From an uncultured Nitrososphaerota archaeon (GTDB lineage Archaea > Thermoproteota > Nitrososphaeria > Nitrososphaerales > Gagatemarchaeaceae), in NCBI GenBank assembly GCA_963718895.1, contig CAVRAG010000008.1, positions 576,001-640,000 on the forward strand: a DNA stretch of 64,000 nt, written 5' to 3'. A program made the translations under genes and the position numbers. This document shows, one piece after another, positions 30,628 through 39,397 of this stretch (its first letter is position 1; the number at the start of each line of letters is the position of its first letter). Under the pieces are notes generated by a model. It did no database searches, was not told the DNA's origin, and saw only the letters and a list, made by a program, of their open reading frames with translations.

Positions 30628-30682
30628 TGGAGGACGCTGCCACCATCCCACCGCTCCAATTGGACTGACTGAGGCCGCTCGA

Positions 30683-31342
30683 TCAGCGTCTAGAAGCGCG
30701 GCGCGGCTTGCCGACGTGGTCTGCGACTATCTTGCCTTCGGCGCGTCTGAGTACCTCATCGAGCGTCGATGGCGAGATCCCCAGCTCGGCCGAGAGAGCC
30801 TTCAGGCTCGTCTCTCGAGGAAACCGGAAGTAGCCGTTCTGTACGGCCAGGCCGACGGCCCGCTCCTGCTTCAGAGTCAGGGACCTGCTGCCCATCTGCT
30901 TGCCGACCTCCGTCACGCTCGCCTCGATGCCATCGCGCTTCAGCTCGGCCAGGAAGCTCTTGACCGATATCTTCCCCGGGAAGACGACGTGCCACTTCAT
31001 GGCAACCTGCCCCCCCGTCCGGGCCACCATTGCGCAGTTCGTGCAGAAGCCCATCATTGAGGACACCGCCTTGCACACAGGTGAGATCTTTGTGACGACA
31101 ATTCCCGAGGCCCTGTGCTTGTCAAAGACACTGAAACTGGTGTAGACGATGTTTGGCTCGGCGCTTATGGCTCGAAGAACGTCTTTGACCGACGAGTGGC
31201 TTGTTACCTCGATCAGCTCTATCATCCCTTTCCGGCCGAACGGTCTGCAATCGACCATCTTTATCATGGCGTTCGACTTGTTCACTACCGAAGTAGCCCA
31301 CTGGTCGACGTGGTCCACCGCTTCGATGGTGACTTCTTTCAA
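30683..31342 (-). CDS. HTH-10 (Bat-family) transcriptional regulator
   Basis: LTLKQ..AVQNGYFRFPRETSLKALSAELGISPSTLDEVLRRAE. Confidence 0.85.
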   Translation of the reverse strand: MKEVTIEAVDHVDQWATSVVNKSNAMIKMVDCRPFGRKGMIELIEVTSHSSVKDVLRAISAEPNIVYTSFSVFDKHRASGIVVTKISPVCKAVSSMMGFCTNCAMVARTGGQVAMKWHVVFPGKISVKSFLAELKRDGIEASVTEVGKQMGSRSLTLKQERAVGLAVQNGYFRFPRETSLKALSAELGISPSTLDEVLRRAEGKIVADHVGKPRRASRR

Positions 31343-31562
31343 GTAAGGTGCCTCATTTCTTCGGATCGAAACATTGGTAGGATTACTCTTTGTTTCAAAC
31401 GTGACACCGCGCTGTGATTTCCGTGTTGTGCGTCAGGCACGTTCGTATAAAAAGACATCCCCAATCAGTTGGGGATGTGCATCTCCGCGGAATCGGACGC
31501 GCCCGCTGGCTCAGGGGACCTGGCGCAACTGGGACCTCTTCCTTGCCTCGGTTGAGAAACCT

Positions 31563-31976
31563 CTACACGAGTGAGATGGACTTTTTCTTCACGTCAACGG
31601 TGAGTTTGAAGTTCCTCAGGAAGCTTCGACCGAGCATGAAGTCGAAAGTGATGAAGCGTGGGGTCTCCAGCTCGAGCACGACGGCCTCAACATCCTTTGC
31701 GACGAGGCTCCCCACGGACACCTTCTGGAGCTTCACGAGGATTCCCCTTTCTATCCCGCGCATCTCCGTGAACCGTGGCACGGCCTCAGGGTGGAGTCTC
31801 TCCTCGTCAGGATGCTTGTTTCCGGCTTGGGCGTAGCCCATGTCCACCGCATCCATGGAGAGAATCGTGCAGTAGGGGGAGTTGAAGTTGATAATCGAGC
31901 TCAGCTCTCGCACGACGCCCATCCTGCCCTCTACACGAGCGGTCACCAGGGCGGGTTCCTTCAGCGGAAGCTTCAA
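31563..31976 (-). CDS. Retropepsin-like protein B1 (catalytic DTG replaced by NFN)
   Basis: C-terminal FDFMLGRSFLRNFKLTVD hallmark. Confidence 0.75.
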   Translation of the reverse strand: MKLPLKEPALVTARVEGRMGVVRELSSIINFNSPYCTILSMDAVDMGYAQAGNKHPDEERLHPEAVPRFTEMRGIERGILVKLQKVSVGSLVAKDVEAVVLELETPRFITFDFMLGRSFLRNFKLTVDVKKKSISLV

Positions 31977-32434
31977 CCTTGCACCCCCTTCCTCACGTCC
32001 TCGACCCTTAGCTGCCCGACCGAGTAGTCAATCTCCAGCTTCATGAACTGCAAGACGCTCCGACCAAGAACTACGTCGAAACCTGTCACCGCAGGCAGGT
32101 CAAGGGCAAGGAAATCTACTTTCGTGAAGGACAGGTTCCCGAGCTCAACACGAGCCATCTCGATCAGTGCCGCCCTTCCGTATCCACCATAGCTTGTAAA
32201 CGTTAGCGTGTTGTTGGCTGGCGTAACCGGGTCGTCGTTTGCTGCTTCTGGGTATCCGAGCGCGTAGGCGTCGACCTTGGGTACGATGCAATACTCCACG
32301 CCGGGATCAAGCAGCGCATTGAACTCCCTGGTGCCACCGCTTCTCCCGGTCAGCCGCACGAACACCGTAGGGAATTTGCCGTACGCGTGCTCGCTGATGG
32401 GAGCTGAGGACTGAACTAGAGGAGGAGCGGATAT
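31973..32434 (-). CDS. Retropepsin-like protein A1 (DPG); possible ATA start at 32434, first canonical GTG at 32365
   Basis: ALLDPGVEY, FDVVLGRSVL. Confidence 0.75.
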   Translation of the reverse strand: MSAPPLVQSSAPISEHAYGKFPTVFVRLTGRSGGTREFNALLDPGVEYCIVPKVDAYALGYPEAANDDPVTPANNTLTFTSYGGYGRAALIEMARVELGNLSFTKVDFLALDLPAVTGFDVVLGRSVLQFMKLEIDYSVGQLRVEDVRKGVQG

Positions 32435-32682
32435 GGGGGCTCACCCGCAAAGAAGATGCAGATGTCCTTGTATTTCTTCAGTTTCATTCTCAGCAAGTAG
32501 CGGTCCATGTCGTCCGCGACCACCTTCCCCTTCGTCGGCTGGAGGTTCTTGTCACGTCCGGTGACACTGATAGCGACCCACCTACCCTTGTATCGTTTGA
32601 AGATTTCAGGTAGGGCAAGTTCCTCCGGCTCGCCTTGCCCTCCTGATGCTTGGACGTCCGTGCTCGAACTCATAGGAAGCAA
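32416..32682 (-). CDS. DUF5678-like small protein
   Basis: KRYKGRWVAI...GKVVA pattern, upstream of aspartyl-protease-like genes. Confidence 0.6.
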   Translation of the reverse strand: MLPMSSSTDVQASGGQGEPEELALPEIFKRYKGRWVAISVTGRDKNLQPTKGKVVADDMDRYLLRMKLKKYKDICIFFAGEPPYPLLL

Positions 32683-32715
32683 CGTCCCTATGAGTCCGAA
32701 CTATTTCAACTTGTG

Positions 32716-33795
32716 CTAGAAGGTGATTGGGTTTGTGCTGGTGGCTGGCTGTACCCCGGGGGTCGCGCCTGGGAGGCTGCGGAGCGCATTCGTCACCGCC
32801 CCAGCCAGGATGTACGTCCGGAACCCGTTCCCCTGACCCAGGCCGTTCGCTCCGAGACTTTCGTGTGTCAGAGGCGTCGCTCCTTCGATGGCCTTAGCAG
32901 CCGCGTTTGCAATCGTCCCCTCGTTCAGAGTCTGGCCGTTGATGGCACCCTCTGCGGCGCTCGATCTGAAGGGTTTCGTGGCGACGTGTCCGAGCACTAT
33001 CTTGGCGTTGGAGGGCGTGTTCCCGTTGAAGGTAGCGACCACTGCGCAACTTGCAAGCGGGAAGTCGATAGCCGTCCTGTCAGCTATCCTGAAGTAGGCC
33101 GACTGGCTTCCAGATGGAGGCGCGGGTATGTTGATCTGGGTCACTATCTCGTTGTAGCGGAGGCTGTTCTCCTTGACACGGCCGTCCACGATACTGACTC
33201 CGGGCAGGAACTGCTCCATCGTCTTGGTGCTGGAGCCTCCTGGGCCCTGTATCGTCAGGGTGGCGCCGAGTGCCATTAGCGCAGGCGAGAGGTCCGATGC
33301 GTGAACGGCATAGCACAGGTTGCCTCCGAAGAGGCTGTGGTAGTAGCGGTTGTCCCCGACTATGGCGTAGCAGACGTTGCCGCCGTTCCGCCAGCAGTCG
33401 TAGTTGTTTCGCAGGTACCAGCACCAGACCTCCTGGTTGATGTTCCCACCCGCGGTGGCCTGGCTGGCTATCTGGACAGTGTGTCCCGATGCTGCTGATG
33501 CGAGAGCGGGGTAGTACTGGATGACGTTGGGGTCGCTCTTGATGGTCGCGATGGGTGTAGTGGCGCCGATGGTCAGCCCACTACCCGAGCTGTAGTTGAT
33601 CCCGGATAGTCCGAGCTGGGAGATGTCGATGACCGTCTCTGGTATCAGCGCATCTATGTGGTTCTTCATCTGATAGAGAAGGTCGGTGCCGCCGGAGATG
33701 ACCCTCGCGTTGCCTCCGTTCTTGGTCAGAAGCGAGACTGCGTCGCTAACTGAGGTCGGTTGCAGATACCCGAATTTGCTTAGTTCGTATCTCAT
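32716..33795 (-). CDS. Xanthine oxidase family FAD-binding subunit with 4Fe-4S insertion (PaoB/HcrB-like), copy 1
   Basis: ISGGTDL, ATAGGN, CWYLRNNYDCWRNGGNVC...CYAVHASD. Confidence 0.9.
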   Translation of the reverse strand: MRYELSKFGYLQPTSVSDAVSLLTKNGGNARVISGGTDLLYQMKNHIDALIPETVIDISQLGLSGINYSSGSGLTIGATTPIATIKSDPNVIQYYPALASAASGHTVQIASQATAGGNINQEVWCWYLRNNYDCWRNGGNVCYAIVGDNRYYHSLFGGNLCYAVHASDLSPALMALGATLTIQGPGGSSTKTMEQFLPGVSIVDGRVKENSLRYNEIVTQINIPAPPSGSQSAYFRIADRTAIDFPLASCAVVATFNGNTPSNAKIVLGHVATKPFRSSAAEGAINGQTLNEGTIANAAAKAIEGATPLTHESLGANGLGQGNGFRTYILAGAVTNALRSLPGATPGVQPATSTNPITF

Positions 33796-33812
33796 TTCTA
33801 TTCACCATCCAC

Positions 33813-36278
33813 CTATAGCTTCCCGTTCTGCTTCATCCATTGCAGAGCCAGGACGACGTCCTCCTTTCTGACTGGGGTTTTGATGAACCTGTACCCACCC
33901 ATGGCGTTGCTCAGCGCGTTCAGGATAGTCGGGATGACGCTCATGAGCGTGTTCTCGCCGATTCCCACTGCGCCGAACGGGCCGTAGGCGTCGTTGTACT
34001 CTGACCACAGTGACAGAGCACGGTTGGGAGCCTGGTAGATGGTCGAAATCTTGCTGTCGAGATAGTTGGGGCTCAGAGTGCCTCCCGAGTACTTCAGGCC
34101 GGTCGAGGAGTCGTTCAAGGTTGTTTCGAAGAGCGTCTCACTGACTCCCAGCCCGAGGAATCCACCCTGGTTCTGGCCGTTCGCACCCATCGCGAAGATG
34201 ACACGTCCGAGGCCAAGCGCTCCGACGTAGTCTACGACTCGGACATCGGCCGTCTCGGTGTCGACTTCGACTTCGCAGATCTTCGTCCCGCCGACACGAT
34301 ACGCGGTCCTCGGTGGAGGAGTGTACGTGCCGACGCCCGTGAGACCCGCGGCCGGCAAGAGCGCGCATGCCGCCTTGAAGGTCATCTGGTTCGTGGGGTT
34401 GGTGGTATCGAAGATGATTCCCGAAGGCTGGCCTGATAGGCCACCGCCGAACGCAAGGTTGGTCGCTTTGGTCCCTGCGGCTAGCTTTGCGGCGATCAGC
34501 GGGAACCACTGGGTCCCTAGGTTCGCCGCGGCTGCCACAAGTCCCATACCTCCGTTGCGAGTCATCCTGCTTCCAGCCGTGACTCCGGTGTCCGTTGTGA
34601 GGGTGGTGTCTGACATGACTGCTGTCAGGTTGGTCATGTCCGGTTGGCCCAGGAGCTCGGCCGCGATGATCGGCAGGGCTGTGACTCCTCCACCTCCGTG
34701 GTCCATCCCTCCGGAGTACATGGTGATCGCACCCGAGGGCACGACCTTGATCTGGCCGGTGTCAGGCGCCGAGAGCGCTCCCTTAGCCCCGGACGTCAGA
34801 GCGATTCCGACTCCTCTGAGCTTCTTCCCGGTCCCGGTCGTCTCGCCGGAGTTCGTCAACGAGTTGCTCGGGGTGCCCCAGCCCTTCCACCTGCCGCTCC
34901 AGTTGAAGGCCCTCGTGGCCTTGAAGTGGCAGTCTGGCTGTCCGTATCCGCTGTACGGGTATCCGGTGGTGTGGTCGAACGCGGTGTTGGAGAAGACCTG
35001 TCCCGTCACCGAGTCGGTGAACGCCGCGGTCCTCATGTTCTGCAGTCTGAATGCAGCCGGGTCCATGTTCATCTTCTCGGCGAGCATGTCCACAACAGTC
35101 TCAACGTACCAGTGGTTCTGGCTCTCGCCGACATCTCGCATCGGGCCCGCGAGGGCGTAGGCGTTGCTGTTCGCCGAGTAGCTGACGAGGTTCATGTTGT
35201 CGACTTTGTAGATGGCGTAGAAGGCGCCCAGGTCGGAGTTGGCACCGCCGTTCGCGCCGACATTCGCATAGATGACTGCCTTGAACGCTGTGATGTTCCC
35301 AGAACTGTCGCATGCGGCCGTGATGTAGCCGCGCTCCGGATACCGGCTGGTCGTGGCGAGCGTATTGGTGTAGCGGGTGTTAAGGAACTTCACGACGCCT
35401 CCCGACTTCTTAGACATCGCGGTCGCTATGATGTACTCCTCGCCTGACGACTTGTTCCCGAGTCCGTTGCCAATCGAAGCGTTCTCATTGCCGCCTAGAG
35501 AGGTCCTCACCTGCACGTTCGCCGATGGGATGCCAAAGTAGTTCGCGACCGTAGATACAATCGAGTGCGCATACTGGGTGTTGCCCCAGATCTTGGCGGT
35601 TCCCTGTGATGTCGAAGCCCACTGCGCGATGAGTCCGCGAGGCTCCATGTCCATGTGCTGGATGTACTGCGTGTCTAGCCTTATGGTGACGACCTGGGCG
35701 GCAGCCGCTATCGCTGCGTCCGCGTTACCGAATGCGACCTGCGCCGATGATGGCTGAGCCACACCCTCCGTTATCGAGCCGCCGGGCGAGTTGCCGCCTG
35801 GCCAGATGGCCGGCGCGTTCGCCGCCAGCGCACCTTCGACGTCGAAGACGTACGGCAGAGGCTCGTACTCCACCTTGACCATGTTGATGTAGTCGTTGAG
35901 GAGGTGGGGCGTAGTGGCTCCGACCGCGACGACCGGGCACCCTGCGTACCTAGCCTGGGTCGTGGGAAGTGGCCCGCGGACCCTGTTGCCTGAGGTCGAG
36001 TAGTAGGTGTATTCGGGTAGGAAGTCCGTATCAAACCCTGTCAGAGTTATGGCCCCGGCCGCTTCGGCCTCGCTGACGTCTACACTCTTGATCAGGGCGT
36101 TGGGGTATGGACAGGTGACGTAGCCCATGTAGATAAAGCCAGTCGTAGCAGAGACGCCGACGTCGGTGGGCATGATGTCGCTCGTGAACTTCTTGGCGCC
36201 CGTGACCTTGGCGTACTGGTCGCGCCTGACGACCTTGGGGTTGCCGACGATTGCGAACGACGTAGGTGTGGTGCTCAT
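33813..36278 (-). CDS. Xanthine oxidase family molybdopterin-binding subunit, copy 1
   Basis: KVTGAKKF, VEYEPLP, MEPR, PMRDVGESQ, GSR, EVEVDTET, GPFGAVGIGE. Confidence 0.9.
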   Translation of the reverse strand: MSTTPTSFAIVGNPKVVRRDQYAKVTGAKKFTSDIMPTDVGVSATTGFIYMGYVTCPYPNALIKSVDVSEAEAAGAITLTGFDTDFLPEYTYYSTSGNRVRGPLPTTQARYAGCPVVAVGATTPHLLNDYINMVKVEYEPLPYVFDVEGALAANAPAIWPGGNSPGGSITEGVAQPSSAQVAFGNADAAIAAAAQVVTIRLDTQYIQHMDMEPRGLIAQWASTSQGTAKIWGNTQYAHSIVSTVANYFGIPSANVQVRTSLGGNENASIGNGLGNKSSGEEYIIATAMSKKSGGVVKFLNTRYTNTLATTSRYPERGYITAACDSSGNITAFKAVIYANVGANGGANSDLGAFYAIYKVDNMNLVSYSANSNAYALAGPMRDVGESQNHWYVETVVDMLAEKMNMDPAAFRLQNMRTAAFTDSVTGQVFSNTAFDHTTGYPYSGYGQPDCHFKATRAFNWSGRWKGWGTPSNSLTNSGETTGTGKKLRGVGIALTSGAKGALSAPDTGQIKVVPSGAITMYSGGMDHGGGGVTALPIIAAELLGQPDMTNLTAVMSDTTLTTDTGVTAGSRMTRNGGMGLVAAAANLGTQWFPLIAAKLAAGTKATNLAFGGGLSGQPSGIIFDTTNPTNQMTFKAACALLPAAGLTGVGTYTPPPRTAYRVGGTKICEVEVDTETADVRVVDYVGALGLGRVIFAMGANGQNQGGFLGLGVSETLFETTLNDSSTGLKYSGGTLSPNYLDSKISTIYQAPNRALSLWSEYNDAYGPFGAVGIGENTLMSVIPTILNALSNAMGGYRFIKTPVRKEDVVLALQWMKQNGKL

Positions 36279-36282
36279 CGCT

Positions 36283-37071
36283 CTAGGCACCTCCTGAGGT
36301 CGCAGCCAGATTCGTCGCAGCTAGTTGTATTGCCGCTATTATTTGCATGTAGTTCCCACATCGGCACAGGTTCCCGCTGACCCCAGCTTTGATATCATTG
36401 ACACTTGGGTTCGGGTTAGACTTTAGGAGGGCCGCTGCCGCCATGATGAAGCCGGGCCCACAGTAGGCACACTGGCCGCCGTCCTCCGTCACCCACGCCT
36501 GCTGCAGCGCGTTCACCACCGGATCGCCCTTGGCGATCTCTGCAGTCATTATGTTGTGACCGACGGCTCGGATCGCCATGATCGTGCAGGATTCATGTGG
36601 TGCTCCATCTATGAGGACTGTGCACGCGCCGCATTCCATCCTGTTGCATGGTCTCTTGGTCGCGATCAGGCCCATAGTGTCCCTCAGAACGTCAACGAGC
36701 ATGCTTCTCGGTTCCACGGTGACGACGAAGGCCTTGTTGTTTACGTTTAGAGTGATCGTTCGCGGAGCGGTTGGATCAGTTGGTAACACCGGCGGTGGAG
36801 CTGGCAGGGTTGCGGTGTTGGTGAGAGTGTAGGTCGAGCTGGTCGAGGAGCTAGATGAAGCCTGCTCCTTTACCGGCTTGAACTGCGCACCCCTCATCGC
36901 AACCGAAGAAACGCCGACCACGGCGACCGCGGTCGCGGTACCCTTCAGCAGGGTCCTCCTGCTGACTTTGGCGTTCGCGATATCTGCCACCGCGCCGCCA
37001 ATACCCGCTTTGGGGGCTTCGACTTTCTTAACTAGAGAAGAACCTTTCTTTTGCTCCTTCTTGACTTTCAT
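36283..37071 (-). CDS. Tat-signal 2x[2Fe-2S] subunit (PaoA-like), copy 1
   Basis: SRRTLLK signal; CNRMECGACTV, QCAYCGPG, NLCRCG. Confidence 0.9.
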   Translation of the reverse strand: MKVKKEQKKGSSLVKKVEAPKAGIGGAVADIANAKVSRRTLLKGTATAVAVVGVSSVAMRGAQFKPVKEQASSSSSTSSTYTLTNTATLPAPPPVLPTDPTAPRTITLNVNNKAFVVTVEPRSMLVDVLRDTMGLIATKRPCNRMECGACTVLIDGAPHESCTIMAIRAVGHNIMTAEIAKGDPVVNALQQAWVTEDGGQCAYCGPGFIMAAAALLKSNPNPSVNDIKAGVSGNLCRCGNYMQIIAAIQLAATNLAATSGGA

Positions 37072-37113
37072 TTCGGTCAGGTTGTGGCCCGTGCCGAGCT
37101 ATATGTCACATTC

Positions 37114-37129
37114 CCCGAACGTATTCGGG
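37114..37129. promoter_or_regulatory. Palindromic operator CCCGAA-N4-TTCGGG upstream of Mo-enzyme operon 1
   Basis: CCCGAAcgtaTTCGGG; repeated at 40437-40456 and 48884-48903. Confidence 0.7.
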
Positions 37130-37180
37130 TAACTGCTTTAATGGCGAACAGAGACGCTCAAGAACATCGCTGAGATCTGT

Positions 37181-37918
37181 TTGTCATCAGAGCCCGTCGA
37201 GGACGCAGAAGTCGTTCGGAGGAAGGTGCTGGCCGAAGGCCTAGGATTCGTCCTCAATGCGTACCTCGGGACCCGCAGCCTCCTTAGTCCGACGGGGCTC
37301 GCGGCCAACGCGCTCAACCAGTACGAGCAGCAGCTCACAAATCAGGAGAGGGAGCAGCTCGGCAAGCAAGAAACCGAGATGCGGGCGATGGTGAGTCAGA
37401 TCGAGAACCTCAAGGCGACGTTCGAGGACGGCAGGCTCGTGGTCCATCTCGACAAGGCGACGGTGCTGGGGCTTGTTGAGAGGACGCTCAGGAAATCTCT
37501 GGCGCGTGAGGAGGCGGGGATGACTGGAGTCTTCAACCTTGACCTGGGCGTCCCTGACGATAAGGATCATGAAGCCGAATTCTCGCTGCCGAACCGCAGC
37601 GTATACTTGAAGTTCGTACCTGAAGGGAGGCCGCTGGCAGAGTTCGCGAACTCGTACCTTCTGAGGGCCCAGGACATGAACCCCTCCGAGTACTGGCTGA
37701 TCACGCCGAGCTGGGATACGATCGACTTCCCTTTCGAACCGGTCTTCACCGAGAACAGGATTGCCCGAGGCAGGCTGAGAACCTTCAACCTAGCGAGCCT
37801 TCTCGTCGAGCTGGTCGGAACCGACTACGACGTCCTGGCGAGCTACGCCGCAGACGGCGGCTTCAGGTTCGTCATAAGCAAGAAGCAAGCGGCACCCTCA
37901 AACGAAGGTACGCGCTGA
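37181..37918 (+). CDS. Hypothetical protein (N-terminal coiled coil)
   Basis: 245 aa ORF with host-like codon usage, divergent from operon 1. Confidence 0.7.
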   Translation: MSSEPVEDAEVVRRKVLAEGLGFVLNAYLGTRSLLSPTGLAANALNQYEQQLTNQEREQLGKQETEMRAMVSQIENLKATFEDGRLVVHLDKATVLGLVERTLRKSLAREEAGMTGVFNLDLGVPDDKDHEAEFSLPNRSVYLKFVPEGRPLAEFANSYLLRAQDMNPSEYWLITPSWDTIDFPFEPVFTENRIARGRLRTFNLASLLVELVGTDYDVLASYAADGGFRFVISKKQAAPSNEGTR

Positions 37919-38103
37919 CCATCTTTCGCCCGGACGTCATATAGTGGCTCGAGTGATCCGCCCGCCTCCTTCCTCTTGTCAATCGCGCGATGAATCTGGA
38001 GATCTGAACCCCCTAGGTCTATCGTGGTCGGCATCCAAGAGGGAACCGGACAGCCGGACTAATCTTTGCAGCTGAAGAGATCAGGGAACAGCGATATCGT
38101 TCC

Positions 38104-38736
38104 CTAGCGGTATCTGAAGCTGGGGCCCACTGAAGCTGCGGCGGCGAGTCTGAGCAGGTCCTCCTGCCTGTCTACGTCGAGGAGGGAGGCTTCCGAGGTC
38201 TCTACGAGCCGAAGCTGGGACCTGTGCCTTGACACGACGCTCTTGAGCCCTCTGGTCTCCTCGTCGATGTTCTCGAGCTCTCCGAGGAGATTCCGGTCGA
38301 AGAGGATGGGGTGTCCCGAACTCCCATGATACCCCGCCGTCACAATCGGGGAATAGCATGTCGAATACTCGTCTACCACGGCGTCAATCATGTTGTGGTC
38401 GACCAGGACGACGTCGCCCGGGAGGACTATCACCGCGTCGGCATTCTTCTTCACCCTGGTCAGACCTTTCCGTACCGAGAAGCTCTGTCCCTTCAGAAAG
38501 TCTTCGTTGAACACAAATTCGCACTTGTAGTCCTTGAGATTGCGCCTTATCTTCTCGGAGTCGTGTCCGAGCACAACGATGACCTGCTTGGCCTTCGACT
38601 TGAGGCTCTCTGAGACGACGCGCCCTACCATCGTGTTTGATCCGATCGGCTCGAGAAGCTTGTTGCGCCCGAAACGTGTGGACAATCCGGCCGCGAGAAC
38701 AATGATCGAGACAAAGTCAGTTGTTTTTTCTGTCAA
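38104..38736 (-). CDS. mocA: Molybdenum cofactor cytidylyltransferase
   Basis: LAAGLSTRFGRNKLL, GD, GHPILF, DVD. Confidence 0.85.
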   Translation of the reverse strand: MTEKTTDFVSIIVLAAGLSTRFGRNKLLEPIGSNTMVGRVVSESLKSKAKQVIVVLGHDSEKIRRNLKDYKCEFVFNEDFLKGQSFSVRKGLTRVKKNADAVIVLPGDVVLVDHNMIDAVVDEYSTCYSPIVTAGYHGSSGHPILFDRNLLGELENIDEETRGLKSVVSRHRSQLRLVETSEASLLDVDRQEDLLRLAAAASVGPSFRYR

Positions 38737-38932
38737 CTAGGCATGACTTCACTCCCCAGAGGGGACGGTAGCTGCCTGGGCTCACGCGCGGCTGACGGAA
38801 CCTATTCTCGGTGCCGATGGATTCGGACAGGACTCGTAGGAGGTCGCTCGAAACGAGATAGAGTCGTCCTTGGCTCAAGACGCACCGCACCTTACGACGG
38901 TGTTGTGCGACTTGGCCAAGCGCGTCCTCTCC

Positions 38933-39397
38933 TTAGACGTATCTCTTGCCGACGTACCCCATCGCGAGGCCCCACAGTCCGAAGAAGACTGCGAGGGGGA
39001 TGAGGACCTCCAGTGTCACGGTGAAGGACATCGTCTGAAGGGTCCCGGTGAGCTGGGGCGCCGTCCAGAATGCCAGATAGACGAGGAAAAGGAACCAAGC
39101 CACCAGGCCGACCGCCAATCCCTGGAATACCGTGTGTTCCTTGAAGGCGAAGGCGAAGATGAGCCCGGCGACTATGCTCAATACGACGAACCAGAGCACG
39201 CCCATCTCGGACACATAGCCCGACATGCCCTGCGCACCGAAGATCGATCCTAACCACGTGTACCACTGAATCTGCCACGTATACCCTAGTGCCGTGCCGA
39301 TGGACGTCACAACGATTATGGCAATCGTCGCCACCACCGTTGCCAGTACGCCCGCCATTATGCCCATTTCGGCCCTTGTCTTTGACGTCATGGTCAT
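38933..39397 (-). CDS. Four-TM membrane protein
   Basis: Four hydrophobic segments; overlaps the cytochrome b stop (ATGA). Confidence 0.75.
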   Translation of the reverse strand: MTMTSKTRAEMGIMAGVLATVVATIAIIVVTSIGTALGYTWQIQWYTWLGSIFGAQGMSGYVSEMGVLWFVVLSIVAGLIFAFAFKEHTVFQGLAVGLVAWFLFLVYLAFWTAPQLTGTLQTMSFTVTLEVLIPLAVFFGLWGLAMGYVGKRYV

